Shown here one piece after another: positions 40,437 through 54,934 of a DNA stretch of 64,000 nucleotides. The number at the start of each line of letters is the position of its first letter. Within the stretch, counting starts at the first letter, position 1. This DNA is from Lama guanicoe (lineage: Eukaryota). The stretch lies in NCBI GenBank assembly GCA_013239625.1, contig MU054323.1:17302029-17366028 (forward strand). The letters run 5' to 3'. The notes below the pieces were generated by a model. It was not told the origin of the DNA, searched no databases, and saw only the letters and a list, made by a program, of their open reading frames with translations. The position numbers were made by a program, and so were the translations under genes.

Positions 40437-41358
40437 CTAACATAAATGAAAAAAAAAGACATTTATTAATAATTTATGTAGTACCATGACAATATGAACA
40501 ATTAAGGTGGGGTTTTCAAACACGCTATTCGCAGAACCCTGTGTGGATCAGGGAGTCGTGCTGTATGTTTTAAATTGGAAGTTATGGTAGTTCATTCATT
40601 TAAAAATTATTTTCCCCTCAATGTTGTTTTTACTTTATTTTTCTCAAAATTCTGTTATTTGCTATTGCTCACCTATCACTCAATCTAAGATAAGATTATT
40701 TCTAACTTAACATGCCTTACCTGTCAGTCTTACAATTTTAAACTTAACTATATTAACATTTCATGATATTCTGCAAAGAGTGTCTTGACTTGCCCAGGTG
40801 CTCTCTGCCTCTGGACACTCTTAGACCACTGAATCACGTTAACAGTTGGCAAATAAAAAAATTCAAACAAGTAGAAGAAATAGCTATTAAGGTCTCTTCC
40901 AACCCAGAATTTACATGCAAATCCCATATAAAAGCATGTCAGATTCACTATTAAGGGCCCAGACAGGTAATGTGTAGCACTAAGATACAGTTTCACTTAA
41001 AATGTGCTTTCATATAAAGCTTTGGACCTCTTTCCTTCTCTCTCTCTGTCTGTTTTATGTTTTTAAAGAACTGCTTGAGACTACATTACTCATACATTAT
41101 AAGTTAAATTTGTTTTTTCCCTGACAGTACTCATAATTTAGATTTATAAGGGTTTTGAAAATCTACCAAAAAATGCTTTCAGAAGAAAGGAAATAAACAT
41201 TGCTCCATAGTAAATCCATATTTAATCCTTGTTTAAACTCTACTATGCCCATATACTCTTGAGTGTTAACCTAATCCAGTTAGAACTAAACTAGACACAA
41301 GCAACTTATCATAATGTAACAGTAATGATTCCAAGTTTCCAGGTAACAAGGTTTTCTA

Positions 41359-41493
<135 letters not shown>

Positions 41494-43215
41494 TTAAATT
41501 TTTTTGAAAAGTTCACAGGAATTTTATTTCATCTATCAGTCCTCAAAAGACTTAGTTGGAAACTGCTTATCTTTATTCAAAGAAATGTATAAAAGTATCA
41601 AAAGCAGTTCAATAAATCAATATCCAAAAGTATTTCCTTTATTAAAGCAAACTGCTATAAAAAGCATGCAGAAATTTCTTAGCAGAATTTTCAGAAAAAA
41701 AAAAGCTGCCTAAGATATTCTGTTATTCTGCTTCTTGAACAAAATAACATTCCCATTGTTAATCTATTATTGGAATTTTTTTATTTGGGTCTGAGTCTCA
41801 GATTTCTGGGAGAGACAGCAACCTGTTAAAAACCTTTGGAATGGTCATTTTTGGTAAGTTTTTATAATGGGCTCTTCTTTTTCTTCTGACTTTATTAGTA
41901 CAGAATTTCTTTCCTTTACTGGATAGTCCTTGGGAGTACCTTATGATCTTACGCACTCTCCTCAATGTCTCTCCTAGCAATCCTTTCAAAGGATGCCAGG
42001 GGGAGAATCTAGTGTCTGAGGGAGGGAGGGTGTCTCTCCTCATTTTGCTTAGGTTATCAGCTCTCCTTGCCAGGTAAGCAAAATCAGGTTCAACATTTCC
42101 TAATTCAAAATTTTTAATTGTGATGGAGATATTTAAGATGACTGAGGCAGTGCTGATAATAAAAACAGGAGTTACACTAGAATCTAGTGAACCTGATTTA
42201 GGAGTAAGTTGATGAACTGGCATAAAAAAGGTAAGTAAAGCTTCTAATCAGAACCTACATTACAGACATTTATGATGACAATGGCATAATATAGGCATAT
42301 AAATAATTATACCTTGAAAAACATTTATGTAAGCTGTTAGCTAGTTTATCAGCACAATAAAAAGATATGAAAAAATACTTAATCATTCAAAATTGTATTT
42401 GACAGGTTCTTTTCTTCCTTTAAGCATTGATGGTTTTTATTTTGTCAATTTAATGTAACAACATAGGACTTTGAGAGTACTTTGTGTACTGATATTATTT
42501 GAATGAGCAACATTTTGATCACCTACCTTTTTTCTTAAGACTATGTAAATTAATTTAATTCATAAGTAGTATTTTCATTGTGCACATTGTGAAACCATTT
42601 GTATGAAGGACAGCAAAAACCAGTCTCTTAGCTTAAAATTTATGGAGTAATTTAGTGAATTGTTAGTTTACTTTAAAATTAAAAGCAAATATCTATGTTG
42701 GAACTTTATTTTGCTTATCAGTGATGAATATTTAGGCTATACAATTTAGGTAGTTACAATTATAACTCTTCTAAAGTCAAATAATAATAATTTGCCTACA
42801 ATCTATGCTGTCCCCAGGCTAAGTGTATTTTGTGATCTAGACACTGCACATAGCTGCCAGCATTCTCATATGCGCATGCATGCTCTTGCTTTTTTTTTTT
42901 TTAAGTTGAGCATTAAAATGTTTAGAACTCTATAGTTGGAAATGAGAAAGGGTTAAATGTGGAAGCCACCCATATCATAATATTCTTTTAAAAGAGAAAA
43001 AAAAGGTTTACAAAAAGCATGAAAAGTATACAAGTTTAATAAGCAAATCACTTATGATCAAAAGATAGCAGAAGTGTAGGCCTCACTTCTAAGATGCTGC
43101 AAAGCAAGGTACCAATGCTGCCAGACCCAAGAAGAGTTTTAGCACGAAAGGTTACGTTTGGTTTAATTTTTAAAGCCAAAGCGAGAATTATGAGTCTTAA
43201 ACCAAATATACTAAC

Positions 43216-43260
43216 TTGGGCCATGGGGCAGTGTAACTTGGATAAAGACGGTATCGCTGC
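43216..43260 (-). CDS. SOS1: SOS1 exon 21, 45-nt symmetric (phase 1-1) cassette exon
   Basis: tttcacag|GC AGC GAT...CCA A|gttagt; encodes (S)SDTVFIQVTLPHGP(R), matching the known 15-aa isoform insert. Confidence 0.92.
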
Positions 43261-44150
43261 CTGTGAAAGGAAACAAGAAACAGTAGATATTTTTTCTTTC
43301 ATTGATATATTCAACTCATCTGTAAAAATTTGATTAAAATGTTATTTTTGTCATTCTACTTTTAAAGAATGGTAGAACAGTTTAGTAAAAGCTCATTACT
43401 ACTTTTGAGAAAAATAAAGATTTAAACTGTATTAATATCATATTGGGCATTTTGAAGATTCCTTTTAGATTCACTATTTGATGTCTTAATAATTAAATGA
43501 AAAGTGTCCATGAGAAAAGCAAACTATCTTATATTAGTGGAAGACTTTCAAAAAAATGTATAAACCCAGTCTGAGTGAAGAATCCAGTTGGATAGATAAG
43601 AAATATATCATTTACTAAGGATTACTTTGAAAATTCAAACTTGTGAAGTAAGTAGTAAATAATGTCATAAAAGCTGAAAAATAAAAGGGACTTTCTTACT
43701 ATTATTATATATCTTTGAAAGTGTTTTTGTGGCATATATTCTCATCACTAAATAACTACAGCTTTGCATATTACCAAACAAGCCTGGAAGTGATATAGCT
43801 TTTTTCCTTCTATATTTTTGAACACATAAAAAAGAAAATCATTAAACATTTGGTGCTTAGACACTTTTATATATAGGAAACGTCTAATACACTTAGAATG
43901 TCCAAGTTTCAACAATACTAATTCTTATAGGAGAAAATAAAAAATCATAAAAGCCAAGGCCCCAGAAGCATTAAAACAGAAAAGCTGAGACAAAGGCTAG
44001 ATGGTCTATACTGGTTCTGAATCAGTATGGTCATTTAGGTTACACTGCCTCATATTACCAACATACTGAACAGATAATAGCCAAGAGACTAAAACAATAC
44101 CTATAACAATAGACTGAGATTATTTTTAAAAATTCAGGTTTCTCTCTCTT

Positions 44151-44284
44151 TTTGGGGTGGGTAGGTAACTAAGTTTATTTATTTATTTATATATTTTTAA
44201 ATTTTTTAATGGAGGTACTGGGGATTGAACCTAGGACCTTGTGCATGGTAAGCATGCACCCTACCACTGGTAATACCCACCCCC
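44151..44284 (-). mobile_element. tRNA-derived SINE (camelid Vic-1-like)
   Basis: ggaggtactggggattgaacctaggaccttgtgcatg core, same family as 57528; flanked by ctctctctt repeats. Confidence 0.82.
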
Positions 44285-45189
44285 TCTCTCTTGTTTTTGC
44301 ACAACAGGTAATCACTCAAATAATTAGGACTATTGCTTTTTCCAGCTTCTTTGGTCAGAATGAAGATAACTTTACATTCCAGGTTCAGCTGGCAGGACTA
44401 TTAATTTGACTGCTTATATAGATACAGTCGTCTTACTTCCTAGACAGCCCCAATTTCAAACATTCCATCCTATTACCTCCTCTCCGTATGTACTGATGTT
44501 TATTTGGAGGCCATGGTTACTAAGGGTAGCAATCTAGCTAATTCTAATAGTTACCTCTCAGAATATTAAAATTCATTTCTATACTTTAATATTAAATGAC
44601 ACTGTTGCTGTGTCAAAGATTCTCTTCACTAAAACCTAGATTCTCTTCATTAGCATAACAGGGGTTAAAGGTTAAAGAGCTCTAGCGTTTGCTACCTATA
44701 TGTTTTCCACTTTTCTTGGAAAGGGAATAAACATGTCTTCTAGAGATAAGCCTCAAGAACGTGGTCGTATACTTAGTACAATATAGGAATAAAACCTAAA
44801 CATAAAGCTCATGACAGCTACCAACTGCAGGCTTTTAGAAAGAATGATTATAGCTATGCATACATAGTTGTGCACACAGATGTAGACGGCTTTGATCATA
44901 TTTATATACAGCACAGGCTTAGATTCATGTGTAAATTTGGGGCACTTTTAAAATTTGCCACTTTAAACTAATTGCTTGGTCTCACTGCCTGGAAAATGCT
45001 ATTAAAAACTCTTTTGGAATTCTACTATATATATATATAGTATACCCACACATATACATAAAAAAATATATACTAGGAATTCTTGTCAGCTAGGTACTGA
45101 ACACATTTATTGGTAATGACTTAGGAGTGAAATCAAATTAATCAAAAAAGTAGTATTAATTTGTTAAGTACAAATCCCAGACAACAGAC

Positions 45190-45358
45190 CAGTGGTTGTC
45201 CATTGTAGCTACACATTAGATCCCCCTGTGGAGCTTTTAAAAAATATTGATACCCATGTGCCAATGCCAGCCTAATTCAAGCATGGGCTGGGCACATAGG
45301 TAGTTTTTTTTTAAGTTCCCCAGGGGGTTATAATGTACAGTCAGGGTTAAAACCACTG
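45190..45358. mobile_element. MER5-like hAT element
   Basis: cagtggtt...aaccactg terminal inverted repeats with a MER5-like interior. Confidence 0.65.
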
Positions 45359-45980
45359 TTGAAGATAATCTCCAATTTATAATTGAGTCATTCTTGAAAT
45401 AGGAACAAGCATTTTCCTATAAAAAAATATAAATCATGGATAACTTCTTAAACTCACAAAAGCCTGTTAAATGCAAATGTATTTGAGATCAGAAACTAAT
45501 CGCCTACAACAGTCTTCTATGAAGAAAAGCCTTGCATTCCTGCTTGAAATGCCTGAAGTACATTTTTTTCTTGTCAAAGCTTTCCCTACTAAGGGATGGG
45601 GCTAAAGCTCATCTGTAGCACACAGACCAGGCCAGACCTGCGGCTCCCTTTTATGACCAGGCAACCTTCAAACAAGAAGGTACCAAGAGCACTTCATCCT
45701 CCTCGCTCCTTGCAGCAGCACATACAACGCAGCAAGCTGGGCCACCTTTTTTCCAGGCCACTGGCGCCATCACTTCAGAGATGGACCTGGCCAGGGCAAG
45801 GTGTGGAGCAGGGCTCTGACTGTGAGGGTGTATGTAGCAGCACTAAGCAGGTGGCCAGTTTCCTTCCTTCTCTGTCTTCACCATAAAGCTTTCCATGGCC
45901 ATTCTTGTCCATTCTGTGGTCATTTTTGTGTAAACTTCTATAGCATTTATCTCTTCACCAGTCACTGAGCATTTTGCTAA

Positions 45981-46167
45981 TAAGCACTTACACATCTTCT
46001 GTGGTGAAGCCTGCAATCTTACTGAGATGAAAAAAAATCATAGTACAAAGAGAACCATAGCATTTAATAATGGTTAAGCATTTAACTGTGATTTTCTCTG
46101 TACTATGATTATTTTTCATCTCTCAGTAAGACTGCAAGCCTTACCAGAGAAGATGTGTAAGTGCTTA
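45981..46167. repeat. Long inverted repeat (~80-bp arms, 25-nt spacer)
   Basis: 45981-46060 vs reverse complement of 46086-46167: 70 of 82 aligned columns identical (hand alignment). Confidence 0.92.
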
Positions 46168-47844
46168 GTAAGAAATGAGATGTGCAACAGATACTGGCTG
46201 AAAAGATTAATTTTTGGTTTTAAAGCAAATTATTTTGGAAAAAAACTATAAGGAGCAAAAAAATACTATTATAACAGATCAAAAATTCTAGTCAAACTTT
46301 GCCTTTTGAAAAACTTAAGCAATGGAACTTTCTGCTACTTTGTACTGAATGGAATAGGTTCAGATGACTTAAGAATGTAGACACAGCAGCTCTTTCCTGC
46401 CAGCCCCACCCTGCCCCAAGAAACCAGGAAGTAGGTATTCACTCTAGTGGCAACACCAGGAGTACTAAGTTGGGCACACTGGTGACTACCCACCCAACAT
46501 GAGGAGGTCTGTTAAGCAGAGTGTGGTCAAAAGCAGATACACAGGCCGCTGATAAGCTTGAATTAAGTGACTAACTGAGCATACAGATGGTTTTATATTT
46601 TGATGGCTTATTTAATTTCAAGATCAGTTATTTTCAATTTTTACTAAGAACAAAGGGAATAGTAATAGGGGTTTTCTTTATCACAAAGAAAGAAAAATCC
46701 TCAGGGCTGAGATTACAAAAACAAACTCTCGAAAGAGCGGTTTCTCTACTTGTCCGGCTATTTAATATTATTCCATTGCCACATATGACAAAACACTGAT
46801 CCAGAGCACTGCATTCCAAAATGATTCCTTTTTCCCTGTTCAACTAATCATTTGAAGATTTAGCACGAATAGGGAACATAATGTGCTTATTTCCTGTTTT
46901 TCCACCTTTTCCATTTTCAGCTACTTAAACTAAGAGAAACAGAATTTGCAATTGATGGCTTTCATGTGATTTTAGTAATTCACTTATGGGAATCTTTATA
47001 ATACAGACCATAGCCATGTGCTCTAGGGAAAAAACCCTGCAAACAGTTAAATGGGTCAGAGTAAAGAATGATTTTGGGTCAGGTATGCTGCAAAAAGTGC
47101 TGGATTTATTATATTACTTAATTTAGAATGTTGGCAAATTGGGGAAAATAAACGGGATTTTTTTTTACCAGGTGTTTAGCTGAACTTATAAAAAATATCT
47201 GACAGCCTACTACATGCATAACATGACTCCATGATCCTCAAAAGCTGAGATATAGTAATTCTTAAAGCAAACACACTTTAGGTGGTAAAAAGATAAGATA
47301 AACTGCTGGGTAACTACAAATATATGTATAACACAGGAATAAATTAACAGGATTCTGGACCAAATCTCAAAATAATATACCTCCAAAGAATAATTTTTTC
47401 TAAAGTTAGATTCTCTGAATTGGAAGAAGCCTTAAAAAAATCTAGTTTGATCCTCAGAAGGCACAGAAAAAGTATTTTATCTAAACTCAAGAGCACTCAC
47501 TAGCAGACTGATATGACAAACCAGGATTCCTAACTCCTATGTCAGTGCTTCTCAACCTCCTCCCCCAAAATAATGTCATGCTGCCTGTCAGTATTGGAGT
47601 CTATCATGTCAAATACCAGGGTAGAACTTGATCTGTACACTGAGCTAAGACAGCCAATGGGAAGAGCATGTGGAAATGGTTGTTAAGAGGGTTAAAGGTG
47701 ATTGGATTCAAGTTTTGATTTAATAATGAACAAATGAAAAACAGAGTGTTCTCAGTAGAGATTTAAAGCTCCACATGAAACTGATTAGAAAATTAATTGA
47801 AGCATGGTGATCTAGATGTAAAAGGTATCCTCTTCAAAGGGCTA

Positions 47845-48161
47845 GGACTGGGCTGTACAGTTTGGTAGCCATTAGTCATATGTGGTTATTAAGCATTTGA
47901 ATGTGGCTAGTCCGAACTGAGATGTGCTGAAATGAACTGAATTTTGAAGATTTAAAACAAACAAAAAATAGAATGTAAAATATCTCAGTAACTTTTTATA
48001 TTGATTTCATGTTGAAATGACAACATTTTGCATATACTGGGTTAAATAAAATATATTATTAAAATTAACTTCACCTAATTCTTTTTGCTCCTTTTAATGT
48101 GGCTATTGAACATTTAAAGTTACACATGTGGCTCACATTCTATTTCTACTGGACAGCACTG
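47845..48161. mobile_element. MER33-like hAT-Charlie element
   Basis: tagccattagtcatatgtggttattaagcatttgaatgtggctagt...tgggttaaataaaatatattattaaaattaacttcac...tggacagcactg. Confidence 0.78.
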
Positions 48162-48757
48162 ATCTAGAGATAGGAAAGGGATGAGCAATAGTATGCAGTC
48201 TGAGAGATTCGTACGGCTGGGCTTGACAGCATAGGCAGTGTATTAGCAGGCACTATATACCATCTGCTGGATGGTGTAGACTGAGAAAGGGTTAAGTAGG
48301 CGTTCCAATTTGACACATTGCAAAATTAAAAACTACAGAGTTTGGTGGGAAAGGAACAATGTACCGAGCAGTAGTCATATATAATTTTGGAGGCAGCATT
48401 TAAAATAACGGGCTGACATTCCATGCAGATTTTAGGAGTTAATGTTGTTTCCTCTGTTAGTGAGAGATGCATTTTAAATTCACCAATTGAAAACAAATGC
48501 TCAAATGAAGTTTCAACTATCAATTTCATCATCAGGCTTCTTAGTAAAGTATAATACATTTAAAGAGGGCTATTTTCATAGATTTTTTAAAAAATTGTAA
48601 GCTGCTGGAGTTTAGAATTTGTCTTATATTTTTATAATATCTTTTGAAATGGTATTTGATTTGTCTACCAATTTATAAGAATATATATATATACAAATTA
48701 TTTTTTACCTCTAGCACATATAACACTAACAATTACTGTAAAGCACTTAAAATTTTA

Positions 48758-49090
<333 letters not shown>

Positions 49091-50205
49091 CTATATATGC
49101 CTGGTAAAACTGAACTAGTATCTAGGGAAACCATAAACCACTAATAAAGAAGTTATATAATGATTCAAATCAAAGCGTCCAGGTTAAAGCGTTAACATCC
49201 CATTTCCATAAAGCCTTGGCTATCTAAATTATTAAGGAATGAATTTCTTTAAATAACTGACTCTTAGTCCTACAAATATCAGAGTATTTGTTATTTTAAT
49301 ACTTTTGGATAGAAATCTTTCTAATATATGTTGTATGTTTCTCTGGCTTTTTAAATGGACTATGTTAACCTTCATAGAAAAGCCAGGATCACTGTTATGA
49401 ATTATGATACCTTACTATGTTGTAATACAGTGATACCATCAGAATCATTTGAGCTATTTACAAATGCATTATTACATTTCTTGAGTTTTCATCTGTTCAT
49501 GTTAGTTTTACGGAATTTTTTCTCAGAGTGATCACTTCTCAGTGATATCAGTGTGCCTCACTGGGCCAGACTATATAGCTATTTCCAATTTGTTGTTTTT
49601 AATCCATCTATTAAAAAACTACTTTAGGCCTTTAGAAACTTTCTTGTTAGGTAATTTCATAAGCTTTAGTTCATAGACATTATTTGATTTATCTTGGTTA
49701 CTTAACAGCCATTTATGTTTACGTCCTAATTTTTGACTCTCTTATGAATAAGAGAGATTATATTCAGAACAGTGAGGTGATGATACTGTACATAAATTTG
49801 CCCAGGCAATGACTAGTAATAAGAAACAATTCCCCTCCACCTCCCAGAAGTATCTTTAGCCAAACCTGTTATTTTTATGGCTAATGATTTATGGTTAAAA
49901 ATTCTCATTAGTCTTTACTTTAAAAAAAAGTCATAAGTACATATATTTATTGTAAGTGAATTAGTATAATCAAATTTCCTGTCCTTAAAATAAATCTTGA
50001 ATAGTATTTTTCTTTTTGGCTAAAAAAATGTATATTTGCCCAACTTCATCATCATATCAGGATTTATTCACATTAATATTAGTGCTCATTTACTTGGAAC
50101 CAAGAGGGAATAATCCTGAGCATATTTATTAAGCAGTTATTCACTGTTTTTATCCATTACATGTGCACTTCATCCCTGAATGCCTTTATATAAAACTAGA
50201 AATCA

Positions 50206-50388
<183 letters not shown>

Positions 50389-50580
50389 CTAAAATAAATG
50401 CAAAGAAATGATTATTAAATACTTTAAATTCAGTTTGAGATTCATGAAAATAATTTAAGAAACATTTAACATAAGAAAATTGGAATTATTTTATTTCCCT
50501 TTTTCTCCTCTATGAAATAAATCTGCCTTTTATCAGGTGGTTATAAACTTAATCAGAAGTATGTATCCTCAAGTAATTCA

Positions 50581-50826
<246 letters not shown>

Positions 50827-51769
50827 TTACAGGCATATTACACTGTACCATCTCAATCACCATCACCAAAGAATTAAGGTACAGGTTCTCGTTCTCTGAA
50901 AAACAAGCTAAGTAAACAACAAGAGGAAGATTTTTATAAGTATCAACTTCTTCTGTGACTTAAGTTTTATAGATACCCAAGAAAAAGAGAGACCAAGTTT
51001 ACCATCAGGAGGAATAACCAATTTTCCATCTCCCCTCAAATCGTATGTTATTTGCCATAAGTCATGGTTTTGTTAAAGGAACTTTAAAAATAATTATTCA
51101 CATATTTTTATTACTCACAAATAATAACACATATTTTTGCCAAGTGAAGAAAATGTTAAATTCAGAGGATTATTATCTGCTTATTCAGCTCTTGAGGCCT
51201 GCAAGAGGTTGTTAGGATTTGTAATTCAGAGGTAGTACCATTTGGACAGGCTTCCTCATAGACACGTGGAAGGATACGCAAGCCTATCAAACACAGGACT
51301 GCACGTAACCTGTGTATATTCTGGTCTTTAGCACTTCTACAATTATGGCAACGTGGTAAGGGAGGTTCCTGTTTGCCCACTACTGTAGGCTGTGCACTGG
51401 ATGAGGAGGAGAATCAACAGAATAACAGGCACTTCAGTTCTTTACACAACTCTCTGGTGACGGGAGCACGTTTGTTGCTTTCTGTTCTAGCATAAAGGTT
51501 CTGGAGTCAGCCCTGCTGCTTTCTACTTTTGTGATCTTGTGCAACTTGCTTAGCCTCTCTGTGCCTTGGTTTTTCTCATCCGTAAAATGAGGATAGCCTT
51601 CTACTGTGAGAAATATAGTGGCTGACAAAAAGTAGATCCTTAATTGGCTATGGTTGTGATCACTGATGCTCTTGTTGCTATTCCTGCCCCATTCTCTTAT
51701 TTCTGCCTTTTCCTCTAATGTACTGACTATAATGCTTTGGAGAAAAAAAGAGTGTGTGAACATCTGAGT

Positions 51770-52200
51770 TCATTCACTCAGCACACACGTACTGAGTCTC
51801 TGCTGTATGCCAAGCACTGTATCAGGTACTGCAGATACAAAGATGAACAAGACACACAGTTCCTGACCTCAAGGAATTCAGAGCTTTGAATGTGGGCTAC
51901 TGCAGTACCATCTGGTAAGTGCTAATATTCATTAGTACTAATGTATAACATGCTATGAGAGGACAAACAAGGTGTGCCTAACTCTGCTTTGAACTGTTGG
52001 CAGTAGAAAAAGCATCACAGGGTTAAAATATGCTTAAAGTTAAGTCTCAAAAAATGAACAGTGAACAGAAGTTCAGTAAGCAGAATAAGATAGAGGGGCA
52101 TTCTAAGCAAAGCAGCCATGTGTTTGAAGGCAATGGTTTGCGGTGTGCTTGGAAGGCATACTCGGAAACAGCACGTTGTCTGGTATGGTTTGGTGTGTGC
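51770..52200. mobile_element. LINE-2 3' fragment
   Basis: ttcattcactcagcacacacgtactgagt...gccaagcactgt...gatgaacaagacacacagttcctgacctcaagga. Confidence 0.7.
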
Positions 52201-54769
52201 GGCAGAGGGAGAGTGGCAGGATGTGCAGACAGGCAGATAGGCAAGGGATGAGTAGTTCTAATCCCTTCTCCATCACTGCAGGTTGTGGACTGGATGAGAA
52301 GAATGAACAAAGTAACAGACACGTTAGTTCTAATCATAGATAAGTGGTTCTAAATGATTCTGTAATAGAGGCAAACTTTCAAATACAACAATTTTTGGCT
52401 ACATTCTTGAAAAGATTAAATGATTCAAAATCAATAGTGAACAATTAGCAATAGTGAAAACATGATAGACATCATTGCCTGTTTGGTTCTAGAAAGTATG
52501 CAGTTATTAAGCGTATTAGTCACTTGGCTATTTCTCAGCACCTAGGCTACTCTTGATTATACATATGCAAGACAAATTGACCATGTGTTCTAATAAGCAC
52601 AGGGTCTTTTATTTTCCACATCTGCTTGTTACTGGCTCTTGTACTTTTCAGTCAGCTATATTCTCCTCTACCCTAAGTTGAAATGATCCACTTAGCTCAA
52701 TGTTCAGTCTGACAAAGTTCATAACAGTTTATTTAATGGCAGCCAAAAATCAACTTTCCATACTGATCACAAATTGATGGTCCAACTGTGAAGACTGTGG
52801 GTAGTAGCACCTGTACTGGGTCATGAAGAACCTTTTTGTAAAGAGTTTAACTTTTATCCAGTAGGTAATTAGGAGATTATTAGCATCTTTGCATTCTAGA
52901 ATGATTACTCTGGTTGTTCTGTAAAGCCAGATGGGTTAAAAGCAGATAAGACTAGAAGCAGGAAGTTAACAGAATAAAAGTAGTCTTGGTGAGATGATGA
53001 GGGCTATCTTAGGGTCTACAGGGATAGAGTGGAGTCCATTCCACAAGAACCGATTCACTGGTTTGGGTAGAGCATGGGTACAGTGGGAAGGAAGACTCAA
53101 CTTCATGCCTGAGTGGCTGAATGGGTGGTGGTATAATGACTGACAGTGGGAATATGGGGATAATAAGTTATGGGAGGTTGTGTTAAAAAGCATACTTGAA
53201 TGATGTGAAAATGCTTACAAGTAGCATTTTGGGAGAGTTCAGGATAAAATTTGGAAATTATGACAAACTAATAGTTTTGCCAAAATTAGTTAAAAGGAGA
53301 ACAGATGATTAAAGAGGGGGTATTCAATCTCTGTTGATTATAAACTACATTAATAAAATATGTTTAAGCATGCATCCTAAATATGTATATAACTTTTGAA
53401 TAAAAACATAGTACAAATATATACATAGACCTGAAAATTACATGCTGTTTAAAGCTTAATTTTTTTCAAAAGATCATTTACATACCCTGCTATACAGACA
53501 GCTGTTCTAAGGAGATGAAAAGCAGAGCATCATGACAAATAATGAAGAGGAGTGAGGTTTCACCTGTTTGCTGGCACCTTTCCCAAGCTTTTTAGGAAAA
53601 AGTGGCTGCTCAGGGTTCTAGGTTCTCACAGCACTTTGTTCATACTTCCATTTACAATTTCAGTTTCTACAGTACAGTGTTATATTTACTACACAGGTAC
53701 TGTAATTTATTTTTCTGCTCTTTCAAGGGAGCTTATTGAGGATAAGACTATGTTTTATTTGTCTCTCTATTCTCAACACCTAGCCCTGGGCCTGGCAAAC
53801 AGAGGCATTCAATCAATGTTACTGAATAAATGAATGAAAGCAACATTATTTCAGAATAGAAGGAAAGCATTTGCAGAATAGCCCAGAATGCAAGAGACAT
53901 ATTATCAATTCTAAAACAGAAGGAAAGCAAGAGCAGAAATGAAGCAAAGTGACAGACAGAAGGAGGACACAAAATTAGAGTTGTGTGAAAGCAAAGAGCA
54001 AAGATAATGCTACAGGCTTAGAGTTTTGTGCAGAGAGGTGAGATCTGGTGAGGGAGGAATCTACACCCTTTTACTTGAGAGGATGTTAGTTTGCCCATAT
54101 ACATATCCATTCTGCCTAGGAGTAGAACATTTCATCTATGGAGAAAAATTAGGATACAGACCAATAGACTGACATATCCTTGGGAGGAGAAGCCTGCCTT
54201 TTATTCTGTAAATAGTGCAGTGCCAATAGAAGACCTGAATAAGAATTTTAATAAGATGGCAGAGGAAGTAAAACTGTCAGATCCTACCCCTGACCCTTCT
54301 ATAGAGGCGGGGTGGGGGAGGGATTCAATATCCAGAATTAAGGATAAGAATATGGAAGGAGTTTCTACAGTTGACCATATAGATGAGATGGAATTAAGTA
54401 GTAGCAATACTATCTACCTATTAGGTCTGAACCATGAAACGCTGCCTGGCTAACTCCAGGCACTGATAACCTTTGCCACAGGAATAAAAAAAAATCTCCC
54501 TAGAGCAGAACTGATCAGGGACAGTTCAGATAAACTACCTTAAAGGAGCAGAGGCTCCATAATTGGGAAGATAAGCAGAAATGGGTAGAAGGCTGGCAAG
54601 GTGGGCTGTCCGTACCAATCAAACCACCTACATGCTTGCATTCACTCACTAAATCATAATGGCTCACCTTAAAACACAATGGAATCCTACTCTAATATCG
54701 GTCTGAAACTTTCTTTTTCCACTTAACAACATGTTAATGAAGATCAGTTATGTTAATTAATATACTTTT

Positions 54770-54934
54770 ATTTTTTGAAGAGTGATTTATTTATTTAGGT
54801 TTTGTGTCTGTGTGTGGGTGGGTGGTAATTAGATCTATTTATTTCTTTATTTTTGGAGGAGGTACTGGGGATTGAACCCAGGACCTCGTGCATGCTAAGC
54901 ATGTAGTCTACCACCTAATCTATACCCGCCCCCC
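54770..54934 (-). mobile_element. tRNA-derived SINE (camelid Vic-1-like)
   Basis: ggaggtactggggattgaacccaggacctcgtgcatgctaagc core with tail. Confidence 0.82.

Noticed and set aside
44617..44650. Short direct repeat agattctcttca x2 (similar small repeats near 29346/29399 and 60593)
   Set aside because: Ordinary local micro-duplications with no array structure.
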